From contig OZ255836.1 in NCBI GenBank assembly GCA_965277715.1, positions 3,904,001-3,968,000 of the forward strand: 64,000 bases of DNA, written 5' to 3'. This DNA comes from Gammaproteobacteria bacterium (GTDB taxonomy: Bacteria > Pseudomonadota > Gammaproteobacteria > JBCCGL01). Under the pieces are notes generated by a model. The model made no database searches and was not told where the DNA came from. It saw only the letters and a list, made by a program, of their open reading frames with translations. The position numbers were made by a program, and so were the translations under genes. Below are positions 28,382 through 40,503 of the stretch, one piece after another (position 1 is the stretch's first letter; each line of letters starts with the position of its first letter).

Positions 28382-29227
28382 TTATGTGCAAGTTAATATA
28401 TGGGATCTAGGTTCCAGTACACGGTCACAATGCACACAAATACGCTCGCCAGTTTCCAGTGTGAGTGCAGTGAGTGAGCCACCCCACACACACCCGGTAT
28501 CCAGTGGGTAAAAACCCGGTAGATCGATTGTGCCCAATGAGGCCCAGTGGCCAAAAATAATTTTTACAGGTTCAGTCAGTTGGTTGGGGTGTTTAAACCA
28601 GGCGCTAAGCTCTGCGGGCTGGCTGCCCGGTGGCCCGCTGTGCTGTAGGTCGAGCTGGCCATCAGCACGGCAATAACGCATACGGGTAAAGCTATTGACA
28701 ATAAACCGCAGCCGGTCATAACCACTTAACGTTTGTGACCAACGGTCGGGTTGATTGCCATACATCGCTGCAAAGAAATCGTGATAGTGTTCCCCGCGTA
28801 AAACCTGCTGCACTTCTGCAGCATAGCCCAGTGCCGCCTGCAATGACCAGCCAGGGTAGATGCCCGCGTGTGCCATGGCATAACCGAGGGTGGTGTCGTG
28901 GTGTAGTAGTACCTGGTGGCGTAGCCAATGCAACAATTCATCTCGTTGGCTGGACATGAGTATGTCATTAAAGGTGTCCCGTTTATGGGGTTTACGTGTG
29001 CCTACTGCCGCTGCCAATAGGTGTAGATCGTGATTGCCGAGCACACATACCGCACCACTGCCCAGCGAGTGAATAAATTGCAGTGTTTGCAGGGATTGGG
29101 GGCCACGGTTGATTAAGTCACCCGCGAACCAGAGTGTGTCATCGCTTGTCGAGTAGTCGAGCTTTTCCAGTAAACGCATGAGCGCATCGTAACAACCCTG
29201 TACGTCGCCAATTGCATAGGTGCTCAT
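28382..29227 (-). CDS. apaH: Symmetrical bis(5'-nucleosyl)-tetraphosphatase
   Basis: YAIGDVQGC, GDLINRG, LGNHD, DTGCVWG; operon context. Confidence 0.96.
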   Translation of the reverse strand: MSTYAIGDVQGCYDALMRLLEKLDYSTSDDTLWFAGDLINRGPQSLQTLQFIHSLGSGAVCVLGNHDLHLLAAAVGTRKPHKRDTFNDILMSSQRDELLHWLRHQVLLHHDTTLGYAMAHAGIYPGWSLQAALGYAAEVQQVLRGEHYHDFFAAMYGNQPDRWSQTLSGYDRLRFIVNSFTRMRYCRADGQLDLQHSGPPGSQPAELSAWFKHPNQLTEPVKIIFGHWASLGTIDLPGFYPLDTGCVWGGSLTALTLETGERICVHCDRVLEPRSHILTCT

Positions 29228-29241
29228 TTAGGCGGTTAGCA

Positions 29242-29625
29242 TTAATGCAAAGTACGGGGTGCACTCAACAGAAACTCCGGGATTTTGGCATCGAAGTGTT
29301 TGCCTTCATCAGACACCATTTGGTAGTTACCGCCCATGGTGCCCATCGATGTTTCCAGCATGGTCCCACTGGTGTATTGAAACCCTTCGCCAGGTTTGAG
29401 GTAGGGCTTTTCACCGACTACACCCTCGCCCTGCACTTCCTGTACCCGGCCATTGGCGTCGGTGATAACCCAGTGGCGGGCCATCAGTTGCGCGGGCACT
29501 TGGCCTTTGTTGCGAATGGTCACTGTATAGGCAAAGACGTAGCGGTCTTCATCGGGGGAGGATTCGGATTCGATGTAAACAGTGTTGACTTCCACATCGA
29601 TATTTTCACGCATTTCTTCTGACAT
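29242..29625 (-). CDS. apaG: ApaG
   Basis: RHWVITD, GEGVVG, YTSG, PRTLH. Confidence 0.96.
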   Translation of the reverse strand: MSEEMRENIDVEVNTVYIESESSPDEDRYVFAYTVTIRNKGQVPAQLMARHWVITDANGRVQEVQGEGVVGEKPYLKPGEGFQYTSGTMLETSMGTMGGNYQMVSDEGKHFDAKIPEFLLSAPRTLH

Positions 29626-29727
29626 AAATTGAGATACCGGAGACACTAATAATGGGTTTGAACGAATAATTTGCTCGTGACAAAAGTATAACACGGGTAA
29701 AGAGGGTGTCTTAAAGCGAGCGCATAA

Positions 29728-30549
29728 TTATGCTGATGCGCTCAACTGGCGTGATAGTGCCGCAAACTGCGCCAACAGTAATGTCTCTGCCCGCACTCCC
29801 GGTTCAATCCCGCAGGCTTCAATTTGTGCAGATGAAAGAATGGGTTTCAGGTTGTTGCGCAAGGTCTTGCGGCGTTGCGCAAATGCGTGGCGCAGCAGTG
29901 TTTCAAATGCCTTTATATCACCTATATCCACAGGGGGGTGTGAGTGTGGCTGCAAACGCACTACGGCAGAATCCACTTTGGGCGGTGGGTCAAATGCAGC
30001 CGCTGGCACCTGCAGTAAGGGCTCGACCTGACAATGGTACTGACAGATTACCGACAAGCGCCCATAGTCTTTACTGTTGGGCTGTGCGGCGAGGCGCAAC
30101 ACCACTTCCCGCTGTAGCATAAAGTGCATATCACGTATGCGATGGCGAAATGCCAACAGGTGAAACAGCAGCGGCGTGGAAATATTATAGGGTAGGTTTC
30201 CAATTACCCGCAGTGCCTGGTTATTGTCGATTGCGGCAAAGTCAAACTGTAGGGCATCTGCCTGGTGAACAGTGAGTTTACCCGCTGCGCCTGTCAATGC
30301 GGTGAGCCGTGGGATGATGTCACGGTCGAGTTCGATTACATGTAAATGGTTGAGTTGTTTTAGTAGCGGTATTGTGAGTGCACCAAGGCCTGGGCCTATC
30401 TCGACAAAGCAGTCGTCGGCCTGGGGGTTTGCAGCGGCAATAATCTGTGCAATCACCGAACCATCGTGCAGGAAGTGCTGGCCAAAGCGTTTGCGTGGTT
30501 GGTGCTTACGTGGGTTTGCTGTTGCACACAGTGGCGCGGTTTTCATCAA
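29728..30549 (-). CDS. rsmA: 16S rRNA adenine dimethyltransferase
   Basis: [23 protein letters not shown]. Confidence 0.97.
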   Translation of the reverse strand: MMKTAPLCATANPRKHQPRKRFGQHFLHDGSVIAQIIAAANPQADDCFVEIGPGLGALTIPLLKQLNHLHVIELDRDIIPRLTALTGAAGKLTVHQADALQFDFAAIDNNQALRVIGNLPYNISTPLLFHLLAFRHRIRDMHFMLQREVVLRLAAQPNSKDYGRLSVICQYHCQVEPLLQVPAAAFDPPPKVDSAVVRLQPHSHPPVDIGDIKAFETLLRHAFAQRRKTLRNNLKPILSSAQIEACGIEPGVRAETLLLAQFAALSRQLSASA

Positions 30550-31520
30550 TGTGGCTGGCAGATAGATAGGGCCATATCCACGGCGGCTTGTAAGCTGCCG
30601 CAGTCGGCACGCCCGCTACCGGCAAGATCCAGCGCGGTGCCGTGGTCTACCGAGGTGCGCACAATCGGCAATCCAAGCGTGATATTCACTGCACGGCCAA
30701 AACCGGCGTATTTGAGTACCGGCAAACCCTGGTCGTGGTACATCGCCAGTACGGCATCGGCATTATCCAGGTACTTGGGGGTAAACAGTGTGTCTGCGGG
30801 CAGTGGTCCACTCAGCGTTAAACCACGCGTGCGCAGTGAGGCCAGGGTGGGTTCGATGGTGGTGATTTCCTCATCGCCAAGGTAGCCCCCTTCTCCGGCG
30901 TGTGGGTTTAACCCGCATACCAGTATATGCGGTTGCGCGATACTAAAGCGGTGTTGCAGATCGTGGTGCAAGGTGAGTAAAACAGTTTCCAGGCACTCAC
31001 GGTTGATGGCGGCGGCGACGTGCTTGAGAGGTAAATGTGTGGTGGCCAAGGCCACGCGAAAATTATCACTGGCCAGCATCATCACGGGATAACCACCGGT
31101 TATTTCAGCGAGGTATTCTGTGTGGCCACTAAACGCCAATCCACTTTGGTTAATAACGGCTTTATTAACCGGGCCGGTAACCAGCGCGGCAAACTCACCG
31201 TTAAGGCAGCCATTAGCTGCACGCTCAATGGTGTCGATAACGTAGCGGGCATTGCGTTTTTCAGTGATACCTGGTTGTACGGGGTGCTGCGTTGAAACAG
31301 GTAATACCCAGGCTGTTCCCGCTGCACTGGCCTGTTGGGGAATGCTGTCACATAGCTGCACGGAGAACGGCATATCGAGCTGTTGCGCCCGGGCAGACAA
31401 CACATCTGGATCGGCAATATACACCAGCGGTACGGGTTGTTTGCGTTGTGCCAGCATAACCACCAGATCAGGGCCAATGCCCGCAGGTTCGCCTGGCGTG
31501 ATGGCGATGGCGTTGCTCAT
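30546..31520 (-). CDS. pdxA: 4-hydroxythreonine-4-phosphate dehydrogenase
   Basis: [30 protein letters not shown]. Confidence 0.97.
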   Translation of the reverse strand: MSNAIAITPGEPAGIGPDLVVMLAQRKQPVPLVYIADPDVLSARAQQLDMPFSVQLCDSIPQQASAAGTAWVLPVSTQHPVQPGITEKRNARYVIDTIERAANGCLNGEFAALVTGPVNKAVINQSGLAFSGHTEYLAEITGGYPVMMLASDNFRVALATTHLPLKHVAAAINRECLETVLLTLHHDLQHRFSIAQPHILVCGLNPHAGEGGYLGDEEITTIEPTLASLRTRGLTLSGPLPADTLFTPKYLDNADAVLAMYHDQGLPVLKYAGFGRAVNITLGLPIVRTSVDHGTALDLAGSGRADCGSLQAAVDMALSICQPH

Positions 31521-31552
31521 CGTCTGAAGAATCTGGTTTTCAGGTAATGACC

Positions 31553-32884
31553 TTACTGCACGGTGTTGTTGGTGGGGGCGAGTTCCGCCACGCGGTATTC
31601 AATATAGGCTTCAGCGCGCAGGCGCCGACGCCATAGTTGTTCCTCTTCGCCCGCTTTGCGGATACGCACGGCCTCGCGGGCCTGTGCGGTGAGCAATGTG
31701 TCGGTTTGGTCCTGTTCGCGCCGTTCGACCAGCTCGACGATATGCCAGCCGAAGGGGGTGCGAAAGGGCTCGCTGAGCTGGCCTGGCTGGAGGTTTTCCA
31801 GGGCTTCATCAAAGGCGCGTGGCATATCCCCAGGATTTAACCAGGCGAGTTCACCACCTGCCGATGCACTGCTGCTGTCCTCTGAGTGGGCAAGTGCCAG
31901 GTCGGCAAAGTCGTCACCCAGGAGCGCCCGTTCGCGCAGTTGGGTAATTTGGTCACGCGTTGCGTTGTTGTCGCGAATAGCATTGATTTTCAATAAAATA
32001 TGCCGCACTTTGGCCTGGCCGACCATATGTTGTTGTTGTCCCGAACCGGACTTATCGGCAATCCTGATAATATGAAAACCATTGGCCGTGCGCAGCGGTT
32101 CGCTGATGGTGCCAACGTCTTTACCCTCAATCGCCTCTGAATAAATGCTGGGCATATTGGCGAGTAGCATCGTGCCAATATAACCGCCGTCAAGTGCTTC
32201 GCTGGCGCTGGAGTGTTGTAACGCCAGCGTAGTAAAATCCTCACCATCGCGCAGTTGCTCAACGAGCGCCTGGGCCTGGCTGCTGGATGTAGCGATCTCT
32301 TCTGAACTGGCGCCATCGGGCAGGCCAATCAATATCCGCTGTAATGTGTATTCGACTTGTTGTTGACCGCTTTTTGCCTGCTTGGCCAGGTAGTCGTTGA
32401 TTTCCTGTTGGGATACGACAACCCTATCGAGCACCTCCTGGTTGCGCAGGCGGTGTATCACCATTTGGGTGCGCACTTCTTCACGCGCCTGGCGGTAGTC
32501 ACGCCCCTCAGCGGTGAGCGATTGGCGAAATTCTGACAGGCTTTGGTTGTTGTCTTCAGCGATGCGTCGCAACGCACGGTTCAACTCCGTTTCGCCGACA
32601 CGAATACCGATTGACCGGGCATGTTGCAATTGCACTTGTTGCTCAATCAACAGGGACAATACCTGGCGTTGAAAGCTTTTATCGTCTGGCAATTGTTGCC
32701 CACGCTGTATAACGCGCTGTTCGTACGTTGTCACGGCCGATGCCAGGTCGCTATGTAAAATGATATTTTTATTGACAACGGCAACGATACCATCAAGGGA
32801 TACTTCATCGGCGATGGCGCTGCCCGTGATAGGGAGACTGACAGCGGCCCAGAGCAGGGTTGCAGGTATAAGATGTGATTTCAT
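31553..32884 (-). CDS. surA: Chaperone/PPIase SurA
   Basis: Signal peptide, DGIVAVVN, two parvulin domains. Confidence 0.95.
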   Translation of the reverse strand: MKSHLIPATLLWAAVSLPITGSAIADEVSLDGIVAVVNKNIILHSDLASAVTTYEQRVIQRGQQLPDDKSFQRQVLSLLIEQQVQLQHARSIGIRVGETELNRALRRIAEDNNQSLSEFRQSLTAEGRDYRQAREEVRTQMVIHRLRNQEVLDRVVVSQQEINDYLAKQAKSGQQQVEYTLQRILIGLPDGASSEEIATSSSQAQALVEQLRDGEDFTTLALQHSSASEALDGGYIGTMLLANMPSIYSEAIEGKDVGTISEPLRTANGFHIIRIADKSGSGQQQHMVGQAKVRHILLKINAIRDNNATRDQITQLRERALLGDDFADLALAHSEDSSSASAGGELAWLNPGDMPRAFDEALENLQPGQLSEPFRTPFGWHIVELVERREQDQTDTLLTAQAREAVRIRKAGEEEQLWRRRLRAEAYIEYRVAELAPTNNTVQ

Positions 32885-32906
32885 TTTTGGCAGTGACTGA
32901 TAGAGG

Positions 32907-35141
32907 TTAATAGAGTCGATCAGAGTAGTTGAGAATATCACGTTCCAGGCGCGAACCTACACTATCACCAACGCTACCCAGTCCCTTCATTACCAACTCG
33001 AAATAGAGGGTGGTATCGTTGTCCTCTTCGCCGTCGCCGTCTATGTCATTAATCAGGTGGCGGCGTGCGGCGGTGCGAAACGCCCAGCAGCAACTTTCAT
33101 ACTCAAGGGCCAGCCAGGTTTGAATACTGCGTTTGTCATCCAACGAATAGTTCCAACTGCCGCTGGCACGCCAGCTATCGCTCAGGGCAACGTTGAACGA
33201 CAGGTCGACCTGATCCAGTGCAAGGGCACGAAAGCGGCGCCCCAGTGACAGGCTGTTGCCATTGCTTGTGTAGCGCAGTCGTGTGGTGAGCTGTCTTGTT
33301 GACTGGCGCTCACTCTCTCCCTGCCAAATGGCGCTGGCATACCACGCGTCCCCCAGCGAAGCACCGAGATCAACCACCAGGTTTGAACGTTCGGTGGTCT
33401 CGACACTGTTGCCGCTCAATGCCACGCGGCGATCATCAAAAAAGATGATTTGACCAATCGTGGCGTGTGCCCATTCGCGCCCGCTGTTTTCCTGAAAACG
33501 TGTGGTCAATGCCAGGGTCAATTGATTGGCGTCGTTAACACGATCAGCACCCGAGAAACGGTTTTCCCGAAATAGTTGGGCGAGACTAAAATCGAAGGTG
33601 CCGGAATCAAATACCGGAATATCAGATTGGTCCTCAAAGGGTACGTAGAGATAAAAGAGGCGGGGTTCCAGTGTTTGCACGCCGCCCGGTGTAGTACGGT
33701 CAAATAACAGCCCGGTGTCCAGTGAGAAAACCGGGACATTGCGACTAATAGTATTTGGGTTATTGTCAGTGCCCTCAAGACTGTAGTAAGTGTGCCAGCT
33801 ACTGAGCGAGGGGGTTAAAAACCCATAAGGCGCTTCCAGTGGCAAGCTGATTCGCGGTTGTACGTTGAGCCGCTCCCCGGTGATTGAATCCTGCCGCTCG
33901 AAGTTGACTAACTCCGAGTCCAGCTCTAATGACAAACCGGCAGGCAGTGCCATCGTCGTATCAAATGTGATTTGTGGCAGGCGTTGGTAAGGTCTACTAC
34001 TGGTGGCTATCGTTTCATTAATCGTTTGAAACCGCTGTACCTGGATGCGAAACTGGTGACGGCTGTCCAGGTTGTTGCTTGCGTGACTGAGGTCAACACG
34101 CTGCTCCAGGTGCGTGAGACTACTCAGTTCGAACGATCCGCCAAAGTCGTTAAAATAGTTGGCATCAGATACACGGCTGGCGTCGATACTGCTGCGCCAG
34201 CCGGGGAATGGGGTGCCACTATGGCGTAACTGGGTGAATGTGCGTCGGGTGTTGGTTTGTATATCATTTTCGAGGAATTCATTGTCTAGCTGCCAATGCC
34301 CTATATTGTTCAGGTAGCGCCATTCAGATTGTATTTGCAGGCCACGCCGGGTCATGTTGTGAGGGGTAATTGTGGCGTCTGCCTGGGGGGCAATATTCCA
34401 ATACCAGGGCACACTGATCTCTACACCGCGTATTTCACTTCGGGCAATAACCGGTGGTAGAAGGCCGCTTTTGCGTGCATTGCCGATGGGAAACCTAAAC
34501 CAGGGTACATAAATGAAGGGTACACCTTTAAATGAGATTGAAACGTGTTTGGCGGTGCCCTCTGCTGCATTGGGATCGAGTTCCATTGAGCTGGCCGACA
34601 GTTCCCAGCCCGTTTCACCAGGGGGACAATGGGTGTAGTCGACGTCTTCAAACGCAACGACACCGGCTTCTGTGCGGATGATTTGTGCCGCCTCACCTCT
34701 ACCCTGTTGAGGCTGGTTGGCTAACAGGGTATTTTGATCCAGTCGAAAAGAAAATTCAGCGGGGCCGGTTTGTAGCGCTTTACTGTTTATGTTGACGTCA
34801 ATTGATTCGCTGTGCAGCGTAGTGCCCTGGTCGGTGTAGTGCACGCTGCCGCTGGCGGAAAGGTCGCCCGTGCTGGGGCGGTAGTCGACATGCTGTGCCT
34901 CCAGTTGTTGGGCATCCTGCTGGAGGCTGACATCGCCATTGAGCACCATGGCATCGGGGTCACTGCTGACAACGCTGTTGGCGTTAACGCTTATCTCACC
35001 CGCTGGTGTGGTGGCGACTCTCTGCGGCGGTGTCGGGCACAATCCTGCTGTAGCAGTGGGGGGCGTTGCGTTGGCCGACGCGATAACACTGATACAAATA
35101 AGCGGGAGTAACGTGTAAAAGATGGGAGTGAGTTGTTTCAG
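32907..35141 (-). CDS. lptD: LPS-assembly protein LptD, probable CTG start
   Basis: RKSGLL, YWNIAP, EYESCCW; signal peptide is only encoded if the frame is extended to CTG 35141. Confidence 0.92.
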   Translation of the reverse strand: MKQLTPIFYTLLPLICISVIASANATPPTATAGLCPTPPQRVATTPAGEISVNANSVVSSDPDAMVLNGDVSLQQDAQQLEAQHVDYRPSTGDLSASGSVHYTDQGTTLHSESIDVNINSKALQTGPAEFSFRLDQNTLLANQPQQGRGEAAQIIRTEAGVVAFEDVDYTHCPPGETGWELSASSMELDPNAAEGTAKHVSISFKGVPFIYVPWFRFPIGNARKSGLLPPVIARSEIRGVEISVPWYWNIAPQADATITPHNMTRRGLQIQSEWRYLNNIGHWQLDNEFLENDIQTNTRRTFTQLRHSGTPFPGWRSSIDASRVSDANYFNDFGGSFELSSLTHLEQRVDLSHASNNLDSRHQFRIQVQRFQTINETIATSSRPYQRLPQITFDTTMALPAGLSLELDSELVNFERQDSITGERLNVQPRISLPLEAPYGFLTPSLSSWHTYYSLEGTDNNPNTISRNVPVFSLDTGLLFDRTTPGGVQTLEPRLFYLYVPFEDQSDIPVFDSGTFDFSLAQLFRENRFSGADRVNDANQLTLALTTRFQENSGREWAHATIGQIIFFDDRRVALSGNSVETTERSNLVVDLGASLGDAWYASAIWQGESERQSTRQLTTRLRYTSNGNSLSLGRRFRALALDQVDLSFNVALSDSWRASGSWNYSLDDKRSIQTWLALEYESCCWAFRTAARRHLINDIDGDGEEDNDTTLYFELVMKGLGSVGDSVGSRLERDILNYSDRLY

Positions 35142-35232
35142 TGCATTTCACCGATGGTTATTTGTGTGAAGCATAACTGCCTTTTCAGATAAACTGAATC
35201 TTTCGGCAGTGGATAAATATGTGGGTTTTGAA

Positions 35233-35937
35233 ATGAGCACTGAAAATGACCGTTTGACTATGGAGGCATCCTGGAAGGCGCGCCTGCAAAGTGAGTTTCA
35301 ATTGCCCTATATGCAGGCGCTGCGCGATTTCCTGTTGGAGCGCAAGCGTGCCGGGGCCGTGATTTACCCACCGGGAAGCCATTATTTCCAGGCGATGACA
35401 CTCACCCCGTTTGATAAAGTCAAAGTCGTTATTCTCGGTCAGGATCCCTACCACGGGCCGGGCCAGGCGCACGGTTTGTGTTTCTCTGTATTGCCAGGTG
35501 TTGCGGTGCCGCCGTCGCTGGTGAATATTTATAAAGAAATTGCCAGTGACCTTGGTATCGAACCGGCTAAGCACGGCTTTCTGGAATCCTGGGCACAGCA
35601 GGGTGTGTTTCTGTTAAACAGTGTATTGACCGTTGAGCGGGGTAACGCGGGAGCGCATCAGGGTAAAGGCTGGGAGCGTTTGACGGATAGAATTGTGTCT
35701 TTATTGAGTGATGAGCGCGACGGTCTGGTATTTTTGCTATGGGGAAGCTACGCGCAACGCAAGGGGCAGATGATCGATCGCGATAAGCATCTTGTATTGA
35801 CAGCACCCCATCCGTCTCCGCTTTCTGCACACCGTGGTTTTTTTGGGTGTCGTCATTTTTCCCGTGCCAATGAATGGTTTCAGTCGCGTGGTGAGTCGGT
35901 TGTTGAGTGGGCGTTGCCTGGTGTTGAGACCTTGTAG
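35233..35937 (+). CDS. ung: Uracil-DNA glycosylase
   Basis: [17 protein letters not shown]. Confidence 0.97.
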   Translation: MSTENDRLTMEASWKARLQSEFQLPYMQALRDFLLERKRAGAVIYPPGSHYFQAMTLTPFDKVKVVILGQDPYHGPGQAHGLCFSVLPGVAVPPSLVNIYKEIASDLGIEPAKHGFLESWAQQGVFLLNSVLTVERGNAGAHQGKGWERLTDRIVSLLSDERDGLVFLLWGSYAQRKGQMIDRDKHLVLTAPHPSPLSAHRGFFGCRHFSRANEWFQSRGESVVEWALPGVETL

Positions 35938-36008
35938 AAATACATGTAGCGAGCCTCTCTTCTATGTAAAGCGTTGTTGAAAATGACACTTGATCCTTTG
36001 TTTGCTTT

Positions 36009-36057
36009 GTTAAACCTAAATTCCGCAGTAGATTCAACTGCGGAATTTAGGTTTAAC
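36009..36057. repeat. Palindrome with 21-bp arms; collapsed copy of the MITE at 25582
   Basis: GTTAAACCTAAATTCCGCAGT-AGATTCA-ACTGCGGAATTTAGGTTTAAC. Confidence 0.85.
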
Positions 36058-36249
36058 GCACGCTTGGCGCGCACCCGGCAGGTTATGCGCAAGCGCGGTA
36101 TACCGGCACTACTGGTACTCGATTTGGTGAATATTCTCTTAGCTGATAACGGATGATTCAACATAGGCCGAGTTTTTCGAGGGTAAATAAAAAAGCCAGG
36201 CCCGGCTGTTCTGGATGCAGTGGAACGCCTTGGTTTTTACCCGGTTTTA

Positions 36250-36606
36250 TTATGCCTGGCGCGCATAACGCGGGTAGTAAACACAACCAAAAAACAGCAG
36301 CAGGCTGAATACAATTTGTAAAACCCCTAATGTGCGGTCGATCTGACTGGTATAAACAATATCAATGCCCAGGGCGAAGTAAGCCAGTGATAAAAAACTG
36401 GTCCAGGCGTGGGTGTATACACGGGCATGGAGTAGGCCACGCATCGGGAATAACAGTGGCACCAGCAGTACGATGAGTAGCAGGGCGCGTGGCACGGCAG
36501 TTGGGGGTGATAACCAGGTGTGCCAGTTAAGTAGCAGGGCCATTAACCCAAAGTAGCCTGTCAATGTTACCCAACGCGCCAGTAATTTTTTATTCGCGGG
36601 TTTGAT
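36250..36606 (-). CDS. DUF2069-like membrane protein; start uncertain
   Basis: PLLFPMRGLL...YTHAWTSF; usual neighbour of arsC-wrbA. Confidence 0.8.
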   Translation of the reverse strand: MKPANKKLLARWVTLTGYFGLMALLLNWHTWLSPPTAVPRALLLIVLLVPLLFPMRGLLHARVYTHAWTSFLSLAYFALGIDIVYTSQIDRTLGVLQIVFSLLLFFGCVYYPRYARQA

Positions 36607-36615
36607 GGCGATACC

Positions 36616-37583
<968 letters not shown>

Positions 37584-37855
37584 TAGGTCGGTTTACTATC
37601 AACTATAGTGTGGGGTATATGTGGGGATTTTACACACTTGGCTGTGGCGTTGAGGCAGCAATTTGTCGTTACAGGTTAATTTTTTATTGGAATACAGTAA
37701 AAGGTTGACGATAAAGCTGTTACCATAATCGAAGAGACAGGAAACTTGACGTTGTGCAAGCCAAATGTTAGCTTTTACACAGTTTGCGCGAGTGGCGCGA
37801 CAGTGACTCACTTTAAAATATCATAAGTAAAAATACTACTCTCCGGAGACTTTAT

Positions 37856-38479
37856 ATGAAAACCCGCGCCCTTTTGAAACACATCGGACTGGTAACCGTT
37901 GCACTGACTGTAGCGATGGCCTGTGCGAGCACCCCCGACCCCGAGCCGGAACCTGCACCTGTGCCCACCTCTAACAATGGTATTAGTAGTGAAGCAGAGG
38001 ATGCTATTGCGCGTGCCAAGGCGGCACGTTACAGAGTCAATGGCTTAGGCTGTGAATGGAACGATACCGGTTCGTTGATTGACGAAGCCGAAGCCCAAGG
38101 TAAAGCAGGCCGCAATGTTATCGCCATTTCTATGGCGAACCAGGCTGAGGCAAGGGCGGTCAGTGCTTTGGAAGAGTGCCAGAAGCCTGCTGAGGCTGTA
38201 TCCAGTTCAATTAACTACACTGTATCCAGTGGCGATACCCTCTGGGGTATTTCGGCAATGAGTGATGTGTATGCCAACCCTTACCAATGGCCTCTGATCT
38301 ATCGCAATAACAGCGATAAAATCAAGGACGCTGATTTGATCTATCCCGGTCAGGTGTTTGACATTGATCTCAGCCCCAATAGTGCGCAGGTCGATGCGGC
38401 TATCGCACACGCCAAAAACCGGGGTGCCTGGTCTGTCGGTGCCGTGGAAGATGCCGATCAGGTATATCTGGGGCAGTAA
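37856..38479 (+). CDS. LysM-domain lipoprotein
   Basis: Lipobox AMAC; YTVSSGDTLWGIS...WPLIY...DLIYPGQ. Confidence 0.9.
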   Translation: MKTRALLKHIGLVTVALTVAMACASTPDPEPEPAPVPTSNNGISSEAEDAIARAKAARYRVNGLGCEWNDTGSLIDEAEAQGKAGRNVIAISMANQAEARAVSALEECQKPAEAVSSSINYTVSSGDTLWGISAMSDVYANPYQWPLIYRNNSDKIKDADLIYPGQVFDIDLSPNSAQVDAAIAHAKNRGAWSVGAVEDADQVYLGQ

Positions 38480-38503
38480 CTTTACATTTCCTGATAGACC
38501 CCT

Positions 38504-38538
38504 GCGAAAGGACCCTTATTGGGTCCTTTCGCTTTTTT
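38504..38538 (+). terminator. Intrinsic terminator
   Basis: GCGAAAGGACCC-TTATT-GGGTCCTTTCGC-TTTTTT. Confidence 0.9.
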
Positions 38539-38665
38539 GTGTTTGTCGATATGAAGGTTTTCAGGGCAGTAATCGACCAGCGCGAAAAAGGGCCACAATC
38601 GATCCGCCACGGTGATTGAGAAAGCTCCCTAAACCCAATCCCATCCGTTAATTGAGGCTTTTAGA

Positions 38666-40459
38666 ATGGTCGCTACGGCTTGCCCATTTCCCAAGGTGGG
38701 AAAGCTAACACTTGAACGCGTGTTGGCTGCATTGGTGCAAGAGGGATATATCAGCGAGGAAAACCAGCGTTTGCTGCCGGTGATTGGCAATAGCGGGAAG
38801 CATCGCAAGCTGCACGCTTTTGAGATTGTTGCAGAGCGTAACTGGGATAATGAACAGAAACCCGGCAGCAAGCTGGATACTAAGACACTTATCGAATGGC
38901 TGTCTGAAAAATCGGCGTTACCGGTATTTACCATCGACCCTCTCAAGGTCGATGTACAGGCGTTAACCTCGGTGATGTCGTATGCTTATGCAGCACGGTT
39001 TAATATTATCGCCGTTGAAGTGAGCCATACGCGTGTTACCTTCGCTACAGCGGAACCCTGGGAGCGTGAATGGGAACGTGAACTGAGCAATGTCCTTAAC
39101 AAGGATATTGCCCGTGTGCTTGTCAGTCCAGAGAATATTCGTCGCTATCTGCTTGAGTTTTATGCTTTATCCCGTTCGGTGCTGGGTGCCGAGCAGGATC
39201 AAAACGACGGTGGTGCCACGTCGATTCAAAACCTCGAACAACTTATGGATCTGGGGCGTGCCGGTAAGCTGGATGCCAACGATCAGCATGTCGTCAATAT
39301 CGTTGATTGGTTATTGCAATACGCCTTCCAGCAGCGTGCCAGTGATATTCATCTGGAGCCACGGCGCGATCAGGGTCAGGTGCGGTTTCGCATCGATGGG
39401 GTACTCCACCCGGTCTACGATATGCCTGGGCCGGTCATGGCTGCCGTCACCAGCCGCATCAAGATTCTGGGGCGTATGGATGTGGCGGAGAAACGTAAAC
39501 CCCAGGATGGGCGCATGAAAACGCGTGGTACTGACAGCCTGGAAATCGAGTTGCGCTTGTCGAGTATGCCCACCGCGTTTGGCGAAAAGCTGGTGATGCG
39601 TATCTTCGACCCGGAAGTGGTGCAAAAGAATTCGGCTGCATTGGGCTTCACCCAGCGCGAGAGTATGCTCTGGGAAGGCATGGTCGAGCGTCCACACGGT
39701 ATTATTTTAGTCACGGGGCCGACCGGCTCGGGCAAGACCACTACACTGTATTCAACCTTGAAACAGCTCGCCCGCCCCGAGGTGAATGTGTGCACGATAG
39801 AAGACCCGATTGAGCAGGTCGATGCCACGCTGAACCAAATGCAGGTGCAGCAAAACATCGGGCTGGATTTTGCCAGTGGTGTGCGCACACTGTTACGTCA
39901 GGATCCAGATATTATTATGATTGGTGAGATTCGCGATCTGGAAACCGCCGAGGTGGCGATTCAGGCAGCACTCACCGGGCATCTGGTGTTGAGTACCTTG
40001 CACACCAATGATGCGCCTTCGGCCATTATGCGGTTGTTAGAATTGGGTGTGCCACACTACCTGATTAATTCGACAGTGATCGGTGTGCTGGCACAGCGAC
40101 TGGTGCGCACGCTATGCCCACATTGTCGCAGTGTGGACAACGTTGACGAGCAGGAATGGAAGGACTTTGTGGCGCCCTGGAAGTCGGCACCGCCACAAAA
40201 TATTAATAAGCCACAGGGCTGTCTCGAATGCCGTGACACCGGTTTTTTGGGGCGCACAGGCGTTTACGAAATCTTTACCCTCAGCCCGGAGATTAAAAAA
40301 ATCCTGTCACCACAATGCAGTATTGATGATATCCGTGCACAAGCTTTCAAGCAGGGCATGATGCCACTGCGCATCAGTGGTGCGCAAAAAGTGGCCAAGG
40401 GGGTCACGACCATTGAGGAAATTCTTAAAGTTGCCCCAGCACCATTACCCGGACACTGA
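38666..40459 (+). CDS. GspE/PulE/PilB-family secretion ATPase, stand-alone
   Basis: ASDIHLEP, GPTGSGKTTTLY, LRQDPD, two CxxC. Confidence 0.93.
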   Translation: MVATACPFPKVGKLTLERVLAALVQEGYISEENQRLLPVIGNSGKHRKLHAFEIVAERNWDNEQKPGSKLDTKTLIEWLSEKSALPVFTIDPLKVDVQALTSVMSYAYAARFNIIAVEVSHTRVTFATAEPWEREWERELSNVLNKDIARVLVSPENIRRYLLEFYALSRSVLGAEQDQNDGGATSIQNLEQLMDLGRAGKLDANDQHVVNIVDWLLQYAFQQRASDIHLEPRRDQGQVRFRIDGVLHPVYDMPGPVMAAVTSRIKILGRMDVAEKRKPQDGRMKTRGTDSLEIELRLSSMPTAFGEKLVMRIFDPEVVQKNSAALGFTQRESMLWEGMVERPHGIILVTGPTGSGKTTTLYSTLKQLARPEVNVCTIEDPIEQVDATLNQMQVQQNIGLDFASGVRTLLRQDPDIIMIGEIRDLETAEVAIQAALTGHLVLSTLHTNDAPSAIMRLLELGVPHYLINSTVIGVLAQRLVRTLCPHCRSVDNVDEQEWKDFVAPWKSAPPQNINKPQGCLECRDTGFLGRTGVYEIFTLSPEIKKILSPQCSIDDIRAQAFKQGMMPLRISGAQKVAKGVTTIEEILKVAPAPLPGH

Positions 40460-40503
40460 TGGCTAACTGAACCCGTCAATACAAGGTAGACGGTGTACTG
40501 GAT

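Noticed and set aside
35880-36164. Two short opposing ORFs containing LNLNSAV
   Set aside because: Produced by the palindrome at 36009-36057
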